Source of the DNA: an uncultured virus (IMG/VR IMGVR_UViG_3300009124_000008)
Lineage: Duplodnaviria; Heunggongvirae; Uroviricota; Caudoviricetes
Length of the DNA stretch: 20,000 nt
Virus record (IMG/VR): IMGVR_UViG_3300009124_000008
Reading direction: 5' to 3' (one strand)
The notes below the pieces were generated by a model. It ran no database searches. It saw only the letters and a program-made list of their open reading frames with translations, and was not told the origin of the DNA. Made by a program: the position numbers and the translations under genes. Numbering within the stretch: the stretch's first letter is position 1; every line of letters begins with the position of its first letter. Below are positions 8,302 through 15,253 of the stretch, piece after piece.

Positions 8302-8625
8302 ATGAAGTTTTTCTTTGCGCTTCTGTCAACACTATTTCTGGCACTTCCTGCATGGGCAGTAGATGTCCAGATGGGTGCTAATGGCAACCTAGTATTCGAA
8401 CCTGCTGAGGTATCAATCAATGCTGGAGAATCTGTTCATTTTATTAACAATATGCTACCACCACATAATGTCGTGGTTGATGGTCACCCTGAGTGGTCCC
8501 ACGAAGGTTTAGCAATGTTACCAGGTGAGGACTTTGAGTTGACATTTCCAGAGGCAGGTGATTATACTTACTGGTGTGCTCCCCACAAAGGTGCGGGCAT
8601 GATCGGTACAATTCATGTCTCATAA
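8302..8625 (+). CDS. petE: plastocyanin (auxiliary metabolic gene)
   Basis: Signal peptide ending AWA; type-1 Cu ligands in PHNVV and YWCAPHKGAGM; LVFEP motif. Confidence 0.97.
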   Translation: MKFFFALLSTLFLALPAWAVDVQMGANGNLVFEPAEVSINAGESVHFINNMLPPHNVVVDGHPEWSHEGLAMLPGEDFELTFPEAGDYTYWCAPHKGAGMIGTIHVS

Positions 8626-8737
8626 TCACAACTATGAACCTATGCCTGCCTGGGTTGCCTGGGCAGGTGTAGGACTGATGATCTTTACGATCATGATTTT
8701 TGTTGTCTTCACACTTTCTGTAATGTATTTCGGATGA
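8615..8737 (+). CDS. single-TM micro-protein (40 aa)
   Basis: MSHNHNYEPMPAWVAWAGVGLMIFTIMIFVVFTLSVMYFG*; overlaps the petE end, with ATGA coupling to the next ORF. Confidence 0.65.
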   Translation: MSHNHNYEPMPAWVAWAGVGLMIFTIMIFVVFTLSVMYFG

Positions 8738-8868
8738 ACCACGCTGACCACTCAACCTTTGAACACCTTATTCATATGTTTCTTTGCTGTCTTGCTGGTC
8801 TAGGTATCGGCACCCTCGCTGTCTGGGGATATCAAAAAATTAAAGAAAATAAGAACCACAATCCATGA
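8734..8868 (+). CDS. single-TM micro-protein (44 aa)
   Basis: MNHADHSTFEHLIHMFLCCLAGLGIGTLAVWGYQKIKENKNHNP*; ATGA overlaps on both sides and a basic tail after the TM segment. Confidence 0.65.
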   Translation: MNHADHSTFEHLIHMFLCCLAGLGIGTLAVWGYQKIKENKNHNP

Positions 8869-9005
8869 GGAAGTATATCGTTACAGTAGACGGTATCAAA
8901 CATGTAGTTTATTCTACAGCATCCGAATGGTTCGTATTAAATTCAACACTTTCACACATTCCAAATAAAAAAACATGGAGCATTTATTGGGACGGGCACT
9001 GCTGA
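8865..9005 (+). CDS. small hypothetical protein (46 aa)
   Basis: MRKYIVTVDGIKHVVYSTASEWFVLNSTLSHIPNKKTWSIYWDGHC*; ATGA-coupled. Confidence 0.55.
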   Translation: MRKYIVTVDGIKHVVYSTASEWFVLNSTLSHIPNKKTWSIYWDGHC

Positions 9006-9106
9006 TTGTAGCGGTGCCTTTTGTTTTAACTACACTCTACTTTGGAGCAAAGAAAGGTGGATATTACGACACCGATATGTACAAAGGAAATGGAACCGCT
9101 CACTAA
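8975..9106 (+). CDS. ndhP: NdhP-like subunit of photosynthetic complex I (NDH-1L)
   Basis: MEHLLGRALLIVAVPFVLTTLYFGAKKGGYYDTDMYKGNGTAH*: a TM helix followed by the cyanobacterial NdhP C-terminal signature FG..xG(F/Y)YD(S/T)DxYxGNG(S/T)AH. Confidence 0.85.
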   Translation: MEHLLGRALLIVAVPFVLTTLYFGAKKGGYYDTDMYKGNGTAH

Positions 9107-9284
9107 GAGGCGGTATAATTTTGCTTTATCTTCCTTTGCCAGAATGTATGGAGTTCCTCGTGTAACTCAAGAGATGTCTGACTTTTGTTTAGGTTGGGCA
9201 TTACATGATGAGATAGCACCACTGGATTGCTTACATCATGTTGACAAATACTTTAGAGATTTATGGATCGAATCACAGAACTAG
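9090..9284 (+). CDS. hypothetical protein (64 aa)
   Basis: ATG 9090 preceded by AAGGA; MEPLTKRRYNFALSSFARMYG... Confidence 0.7.
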   Translation: MEPLTKRRYNFALSSFARMYGVPRVTQEMSDFCLGWALHDEIAPLDCLHHVDKYFRDLWIESQN

Positions 9285-9421
9285 AAAATGAAAACCGCTG
9301 GTTGAAAGAAGAGATCAGAAGATTGAGACATCAACTGGCTATGAAAGAAGAAAAACAATGGGCACATCCAAACTCATGTGTCCACAACCCAGACCCCTGG
9401 AAAACATGGAAGTTCAAATAG
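9263..9421 (+). CDS. small coiled-coil protein (52 aa)
   Basis: MDRITELENENRWLKEEIRRLRHQLAMKEEKQWAHPNSCVHNPDPWKTWKFK*; leucine-zipper-like heptads. Confidence 0.65.
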   Translation: MDRITELENENRWLKEEIRRLRHQLAMKEEKQWAHPNSCVHNPDPWKTWKFK

Positions 9422-9486
9422 GCATTCTTATTTTCATGTGTATGTTTGGAGTATTTTTATTTGTAGTATCACTTTTTGATCAATGA
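9406..9486 (+). CDS. 26-aa hydrophobic membrane peptide
   Basis: MEVQIGILIFMCMFGVFLFVVSLFDQ*; fills the gap and is ATGA-coupled to the next ORF. Confidence 0.5.
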   Translation: MEVQIGILIFMCMFGVFLFVVSLFDQ

Positions 9487-9644
9487 TACATGAATTAGGA
9501 CATATAGCAAGAATGGTGATGGAGCGTCCGTGGTGCTTAGGCATCATGGGATTCCTTCTGGTGTTTGTCCCCATCCTTGGAATGTGGGCAGTCCATAAAT
9601 ATAATTGGGAACACTGGGAACCTTTCTCTAGGAGTCACAAATGA
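9483..9644 (+). CDS. single-TM micro-protein (53 aa)
   Basis: MIHELGHIARMVMERPWCLGIMGFLLVFVPILGMWAVHKYNWEHWEPFSRSHK*; ATGA overlaps on both sides. Confidence 0.7.
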   Translation: MIHELGHIARMVMERPWCLGIMGFLLVFVPILGMWAVHKYNWEHWEPFSRSHK

Positions 9645-9850
9645 ACCCCGTAATTTTAATCGGGTGTTTTACACCCCTTATCATTATTTTCATTGTGATG
9701 AAACTTGCTGTGTGGGTTGAAGCAGTTAATACTGAGGCGGATTATGTCAGAAAAGAACCTCTACGAAAACGAGGACCCTTCGTGGAGAATCCATATGCTG
9801 ACGTTGATGAAGAGGAAGAAGAATATGGAAGTAGCACAGATTATCAATGA
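9641..9850 (+). CDS. N-terminal TM protein with acidic tail (69 aa)
   Basis: SD AGGAG at 9630-9634, hydrophobic N-terminus, and TAAATA at 9596-9601 upstream. Confidence 0.75.
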   Translation: MNPVILIGCFTPLIIIFIVMKLAVWVEAVNTEADYVRKEPLRKRGPFVENPYADVDEEEEEYGSSTDYQ

Positions 9851-9959
9851 AGCAATTCAGGAGTGGTATTCTGAGCAAGGTCTTCCTGTTCCTAAGTGGA
9901 AAATGAAAAAAGATCCTGATTGGTGGACCGAATACTTAAAAGAACTAGAAGACAAATAA
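9825..9959 (+). CDS. small hypothetical protein (44 aa)
   Basis: MEVAQIINEAIQEWYSEQGLPVPKWKMKKDPDWWTEYLKELEDK*; purine-rich GAGGAAG upstream of ATG 9825. Confidence 0.65.
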   Translation: MEVAQIINEAIQEWYSEQGLPVPKWKMKKDPDWWTEYLKELEDK

Positions 9960-10065
9960 CTTTTATTTTATCTTCATATTGTCATATTACGTATAAATCG
10001 TAGCTTTAGTTTACACTATTTTTTCCTAGATACACTATACTAGTGTAACACTACGGACTAATCAA

Positions 10066-10338
10066 ATGGAATCAGACAAAGAATTATCTGACCTTAGTAT
10101 GACTAGGGCAGAATGTCCGAAGTGTGGTGCGGTTTGGATTAACGGACAGCACTACTGGTCTGGTACTGGTAAGTTAGGAAATGAGTTAGATCTTGCTGGT
10201 CTTGTTTGTAATAAGTTAGGAAACTTTCAGTGTATTAACCCCAAGCGTGGTGCTGAAGGTGGAGACACTTGGGCAAAACGTATGGAAGATCTGGATAAGA
10301 ATGGTCCAGAGATGGACAAAGATATGAGGGATAAATAA
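10066..10338 (+). CDS. hypothetical four-Cys (putative Zn-binding) protein
   Basis: CPKC...W.NGQHYW...DLAGLVCN...CINP; 90 aa. Confidence 0.8.
   Translation: MESDKELSDLSMTRAECPKCGAVWINGQHYWSGTGKLGNELDLAGLVCNKLGNFQCINPKRGAEGGDTWAKRMEDLDKNGPEMDKDMRDK
10332..10337 (+). promoter_or_regulatory. late promoter for gp17
   Basis: ATAAATA at 10331-10337, 21 nt upstream of ATG 10359. Confidence 0.7.
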
Positions 10339-10358
10339 TCCTAGGCGAATAATATGTG

Positions 10359-12011
10359 ATGGCTGCTGGAGATGATGTCTATCTTGGTAATCCGCTTCTA
10401 AAAAAAGCGAATGTAAAAATTGATTTTACCAAGGAACAGATTGAAGAATATTTAAAGTGTAAAGAAGATCCTGTATATTTCACTAAGAACTACGTACAGA
10501 TCGTTTCACTTGATGAAGGTCTAGTGCCATTTAAAATGTGGGACTTCCAAGAAGAGTTGATCGAGAAGTTTCACTACAACAGATTTAACATTGCTAAGTT
10601 ACCACGACAGACTGGTAAGTCTACTACTGTGGTATCTTATTTGCTGCATTATATTTTGTTTAATGACAATGTTAATGTAGGTATCCTGGCAAACAAAGCA
10701 TCCACTTCACGTGACCTGTTAGCACGTTTGGCTACAGCATATGAAAACTTACCTAAGTGGATCCAGCAAGGTGTGGTAGTATGGAACAAAGGAAACATCG
10801 AGTTAGAAAATGGCAGTAAGATATTGGCAGCTTCTACGTCTGCAAGTGCTGTCCGAGGTATGTCGTTTAACATCATCTTTCTCGACGAGTTCGCGTTCGT
10901 CCCGAATCACATTGCTGAGTCGTTCTTTGCCTCTGTTTATCCTACTATTACTTCTGGTACAAAAACAAAAGTAATCATCATCTCTACCCCTCAGGGTATG
11001 AACCACTTCTATAAGATGTGGCAAGATGCTGTTGCTGGAAGAAACGGATACACATATCATGAAGTCCACTGGTCACAGGTTCCTGGTAGGGATGCCAAGT
11101 GGAAAGAACAAACAATTAAGAATACATCTCAGCGTCAGTTCACACAAGAGTTTGAGTGTGAATTCCTGGGATCGGTTGACACACTAATCTCTGCTGCCAA
11201 ACTTAAGGCACTAGTGTTTGAAGAACCCATTAATAGGAACAAGGGATTAGATGTATACGAAAAACCAAAAGATAAATCTGAATACCTAATGACGGTTGAC
11301 GTTAGTCGTGGCATCGGTGGCGACTATTCTGCTTTCATTGTGTATGATATTACTACCGTTCCTTATCGTATCGTAGCAAAGTATAGGAACAACGAAATTA
11401 AACCCATGCTATTTCCCAGCGTTATTAATGACGTTGCCAGAGGATACAACAATGCTTGGGTATTGTGTGAAGTAAACGATATTGGAGATCAGGTAGCATC
11501 TATTCTGAACTTTGATTTAGAGTATCCAAACGTTCTTATGTGTGCTATGAGAGGACGTGCTGGTCAGATTGTTGGACAAGGATTCTCTGGCAACAAAACA
11601 CAACTCGGCGTTAAGATGAGTGTGACCGTCAAGAAAGTAGGGTGTGCTAACCTCAAGCAGATTGTTGAGGATGACAAACTTATTTTTAATGACTATGATA
11701 TTATCAATGAACTGACAACGTTTATCCAGAAGAAACAATCTTTTGAAGCAGACGATGGTTTCCACGATGACCTTGTTATGTGTATGGTTATTTTTGCTTG
11801 GTTGGTCCAGCAAGATTACTTTAAAGAAATGACTGACAATGATATCCGTCAGCGTATCTACGATGAGCAAAAAAATCAAATCGAGCAAGACATGGCTCCA
11901 TTTGGATTTATTACTACAGGTCTTGAGGGTGACGAGGGTTTTGTAACTGATGGTACGGTTTGGTATGGAGATACTCAAGAAGAGGTAGGATACATGTGGG
12001 ACTATCGATAA
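10359..12011 (+). CDS. gp17: terminase large subunit gp17
   Basis: YLGNP, Walker A RQTGKST, Walker B IIFLDE, STPQG and nuclease motifs VDVSRG and HDDLVM. Confidence 0.98.
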   Translation: MAAGDDVYLGNPLLKKANVKIDFTKEQIEEYLKCKEDPVYFTKNYVQIVSLDEGLVPFKMWDFQEELIEKFHYNRFNIAKLPRQTGKSTTVVSYLLHYILFNDNVNVGILANKASTSRDLLARLATAYENLPKWIQQGVVVWNKGNIELENGSKILAASTSASAVRGMSFNIIFLDEFAFVPNHIAESFFASVYPTITSGTKTKVIIISTPQGMNHFYKMWQDAVAGRNGYTYHEVHWSQVPGRDAKWKEQTIKNTSQRQFTQEFECEFLGSVDTLISAAKLKALVFEEPINRNKGLDVYEKPKDKSEYLMTVDVSRGIGGDYSAFIVYDITTVPYRIVAKYRNNEIKPMLFPSVINDVARGYNNAWVLCEVNDIGDQVASILNFDLEYPNVLMCAMRGRAGQIVGQGFSGNKTQLGVKMSVTVKKVGCANLKQIVEDDKLIFNDYDIINELTTFIQKKQSFEADDGFHDDLVMCMVIFAWLVQQDYFKEMTDNDIRQRIYDEQKNQIEQDMAPFGFITTGLEGDEGFVTDGTVWYGDTQEEVGYMWDYR

Positions 12012-12241
12012 TGAATTTAGAAGATCAGTTTTCTTTAGATCATTTAATATTCAAGGAAAGAACTTGCCGTAGTTGTGGCAAGACCAAAAGTTTGATGGAT
12101 GATTTTTACTTAACAAGAAAAGATAGAGCAACTGTAGCGTCAGCATATTCATACGAATGTAAATTGTGTACTGTCAGAAGAGTAATAGAATCTAGAAAAA
12201 GAAATGATCTGACTTCGATGTGGGACTATCCTGATTGGTGA
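12011..12241 (+). CDS. small Zn-finger protein (CxxC...CxxC), 76 aa
   Basis: Start ATG 12011 (TAATG overlap with the gp17 stop). RTCRSCG...FY...YECKLC resembles the Zn-binding modules found on phage endonucleases. Confidence 0.75.
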   Translation: MNLEDQFSLDHLIFKERTCRSCGKTKSLMDDFYLTRKDRATVASAYSYECKLCTVRRVIESRKRNDLTSMWDYPDW

Positions 12242-12281
12242 TGTTCATGTTTTGTTTCCCCACTCAAGGAGTTCAAAATCA

Positions 12282-12287
12282 TAAATA
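12282..12287 (+). promoter_or_regulatory. late promoter for gp18
   Basis: ATAAATA at 12281-12287 and SD AGGAG at 12313-12317. Confidence 0.75.
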
Positions 12288-12323
12288 TTTTTAGATTAAA
12301 TCTGGATACCTCAGGAGAAACTC

Positions 12324-14519
12324 ATGGCAAGTCTTATCTCGCCTGGTATTGTAATCAAAGAACGTGACCTTACTACAGCTGTTGTAACAAATACTAGTGC
12401 TATCACTGGTGCTTTTGCTTCAACTTTTGCTAGAGGTCCCGTTGGAGAGATTGTAACTATCAGCTCACAGAAAGAACTATTAGATACATTCGGTGCCCCC
12501 AAATCAGACAATGCTGAAGATTGGTTTGTAGCATCCGAATTCCTTAACTACGGCGGAAGACTCGCTGTTGTTCGTGCCCAAACTGGTACTAACTCTGCTA
12601 ACACTGGAGCAAACGCTTCTCTTAATGTTCTAAACAAATCAGAATGGGATGCTGGTCTTGGTGCTGGTGAAAGCTTTGTTGCTAGAAGTCCTGGTGCTTG
12701 GGGCGATTCTCTTAAGGTAGTTGTTGTTGACCGTGGTCCTGACCAAGTTCTAACACTTGCTGCTGGATGGGACAACACTCCTGTTATCGGATCTTCCGTT
12801 TCATTCAACACTTCTGCTGGTGTCAAAACTGCTGATGTAATGGATTGGGACGCTGCTACAAGACAACTCACTATTGCTCTTACAGATCCAAATACTTTAA
12901 TCAGCACTTCCGATACGTTTGAAGATGGTAACGAGGTCGGAACCTTCACTCACAATGGAGTTACCGAAGCAGGCAGAACTCCTGGCACTTACACACCACC
13001 TGCTGATGCTAATGGTGCTGCTTTCCAGGTTGTAGTTGCTGATGCTGGCGGTGGCGTTGGTGGTGATGTAACCGTAACTCTCCTATCTGCTGGTGATGGT
13101 TATACTGTAGGAAACACCATTAACCTTGCTGGTGCTGCTACTGGTGGTGGCACTGACATTCTAGTTACCGTAACTGCTCTTGATCCAGATACCGCTATCG
13201 AAGCTGCTTCTAGCTGGTATGCTTCTGCTACAGTTTCTGGTGTAAAACTTTCAAACATCGGTCCTCGCCCTGGCACTTCTGCTTACGCTGCTTCTAGAGG
13301 AGTTGAGTATGATGAAGTTCACGTTGCTGTTGTTGATGTCACTGGTGATATCAGCGGCACTGCTGGCACCATCATCGAGCGTCTAACCTATCTCTCCAAA
13401 CTATCTGACGGTAAGGGAACTGAAGGTCAGGCAGCATACTACAAGACTGCTATTAACGAAGGTTCTGAGTACATCTTTACTGGTGCCACTCTATCTGGTA
13501 CTGGATCTGGAGCAGCATGGGGTCAAGAGGTATCTGCTGTAACTGGAAAACTTCAGTTGATTGGTGGCGGTGGTGCTTTCACTCTATCTGCTGGTGCTGA
13601 TGACTATGCTTATAACGCTGGCGAAATTGACGCTGCTTATGAAGTCTTCAGTGAGACAGAAGATGCTACCGTAGATTTTGTTCTAATGGGTGGTTCAATG
13701 TCTACCGAAACCGATACTCTACTCAAAGCAGGTTCGGTTATGGCAGTTGCTCAGAACAGAAAGGATTGTGTTGCTTTTGTTTCTCCCTATAGAGGAAACC
13801 AAGTTGGTTCTAGCGGCGCTCTTTCTAAGAACGCTCAGAAGACAAATACAATTAACTTCTTCAACCAATTAACTTCCACATCATACGCTATGTTTGATAG
13901 TGGTTATAAGTACATGTATGATCGCTTCAACGATCTATATCGTTGGATCCCATGTAACGGCGACGTTGCTGGTCTCTGTGTTTCCACTTCTGCTACTCTA
14001 GAAGATTGGTACTCACCTGCTGGCACTAACCGTGGTGGTCTAAGAAATGCTGTTAAACTAGCATACAACCCAGGTCAAGCTGATAGAGACGAACTCTATC
14101 AAGCAAGAGTCAACCCAATTGTTTCTTTCCCTGGTTCAGGTGTAATCCTGTTTGGTGATAAGACCGCTCTCGCCTCACCTTCTGCTTTCGATAGAATTAA
14201 CGTTCGTCGTCTATTCCTCGCTGTACAGAAGAGAGCAGAACAACTTGCTAAGGGTGTACTATTTGAGCAAAACGATGCCGCTACTAGAGTTGGTTTCGCT
14301 TCTGCTTTAAATTCATACCTAGGCGAAGTCCGTTCAAGAAGAGGAGTGACCGACTTCCTCGTAGTTTGTGATGAATCTAACAACACCCCATCGGTAATTG
14401 ATCGTAACGAGTTTGTTGCTGAAGTTTATCTGAAGCCAACCCGTTCCATCAACTACATCTCGGTTACCTTAACGGCAACTAAGACGGGTGTTTCCTTTAG
14501 TGAAGTTATCGGTTCTTGA
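12324..14519 (+). CDS. gp18: tail sheath protein gp18
   Basis: SPGIVIKERDLT, WYSPAG.NRG, FDRINVRRLF and KPTRSINYI motifs. Confidence 0.98.
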   Translation: MASLISPGIVIKERDLTTAVVTNTSAITGAFASTFARGPVGEIVTISSQKELLDTFGAPKSDNAEDWFVASEFLNYGGRLAVVRAQTGTNSANTGANASLNVLNKSEWDAGLGAGESFVARSPGAWGDSLKVVVVDRGPDQVLTLAAGWDNTPVIGSSVSFNTSAGVKTADVMDWDAATRQLTIALTDPNTLISTSDTFEDGNEVGTFTHNGVTEAGRTPGTYTPPADANGAAFQVVVADAGGGVGGDVTVTLLSAGDGYTVGNTINLAGAATGGGTDILVTVTALDPDTAIEAASSWYASATVSGVKLSNIGPRPGTSAYAASRGVEYDEVHVAVVDVTGDISGTAGTIIERLTYLSKLSDGKGTEGQAAYYKTAINEGSEYIFTGATLSGTGSGAAWGQEVSAVTGKLQLIGGGGAFTLSAGADDYAYNAGEIDAAYEVFSETEDATVDFVLMGGSMSTETDTLLKAGSVMAVAQNRKDCVAFVSPYRGNQVGSSGALSKNAQKTNTINFFNQLTSTSYAMFDSGYKYMYDRFNDLYRWIPCNGDVAGLCVSTSATLEDWYSPAGTNRGGLRNAVKLAYNPGQADRDELYQARVNPIVSFPGSGVILFGDKTALASPSAFDRINVRRLFLAVQKRAEQLAKGVLFEQNDAATRVGFASALNSYLGEVRSRRGVTDFLVVCDESNNTPSVIDRNEFVAEVYLKPTRSINYISVTLTATKTGVSFSEVIGS

Positions 14520-14558
14520 TAATTAATAATTTCACAAACGTATTAGAGGAAAAAACAA

Positions 14559-15215
14559 ATGGCAACTAGAATTAACGATTTTATCACGAACATTGGGCAA
14601 GGCGTAAAGCCCAATATGTTCGCCATTGATATCCAATGGCCTACTGGCGGACTAGAAGGCGGAACCCCTGGCGCTGATGGCGGCGGGGAAGCTGCTGGAC
14701 TAAGCGACAAAACTCTTGTCGATGTACTTTGTAAGTCCGCCGCTCTACCTGCTTCTAACCTTGGTGTTATCGAAGTTCCTTTCCGTGGTAGAACTGTCAA
14801 GATCGCTGGTGATCGTACCTTCGATACTTGGACTGCTACCTTCTTCAACGATAAGGACATGAAGATTCGCTCTTACTTTGAAGCATGGTTAGAGTCGATG
14901 AACACCCACGAAGGTAACTACGCTCCTAACTTTATTCCTACCAAGGAAACTAATGGTTACATGGCGGAAGTTACTGTCAAGCAACTTGAGAAGCATGGCG
15001 AAGAAGGTGGTCAGATCCTAAGATCTTACATCCTCAAGCATTGCTTCCCAACCAACGTATCTCAGATTGATCTTGCTTATGATAGCAATGATCAAATTGA
15101 AGAGTTTACTGTTGAGTTCCAGTATGCTTACTGGTTGGTTGACGGTGCTAGCACAGGACCTCTTGATGCTGGTGATTCTGGCAGAACTGGTACTACGAAG
15201 AAGATCGTTCTCTAA
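14559..15215 (+). CDS. gp19: tail tube protein gp19
   Basis: LPASNLG.IEVPFRGR..KIAGDRTFDTWT and FPTNVSQIDL...IEEFTVEFQY motifs. Confidence 0.97.
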   Translation: MATRINDFITNIGQGVKPNMFAIDIQWPTGGLEGGTPGADGGGEAAGLSDKTLVDVLCKSAALPASNLGVIEVPFRGRTVKIAGDRTFDTWTATFFNDKDMKIRSYFEAWLESMNTHEGNYAPNFIPTKETNGYMAEVTVKQLEKHGEEGGQILRSYILKHCFPTNVSQIDLAYDSNDQIEEFTVEFQYAYWLVDGASTGPLDAGDSGRTGTTKKIVL

Positions 15216-15220
15216 TCTAA

Positions 15221-15250
15221 TAAATAGATCTATAGGAACATAGATCTATT
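15221..15250 (+). promoter_or_regulatory. late promoter overlapping an 11-bp hairpin over the gp20 translation initiation region
   Basis: TAAATA at 15221-15226; AATAGATCTAT (15223-15233) / loop AGGAAC / ATAGATCTATT (15240-15250). Confidence 0.7.
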
Positions 15251-15253
15251 GAG

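Noticed and set aside
9705..9824. N-terminal extension of ORF 9705-9959 (likewise the upstream starts at 215, 2012, 9042 and 11960)
   Set aside because: These overlap upstream genes extensively. The downstream ATGs have better SD or coupling context.
9979..10041. Sigma70-type early promoter (TTGTCA or TTTACA with TACACT/TATACT)
   Set aside because: The spacings are 15 or 20 nt, or the -10 box is poor, so it is not supportable.
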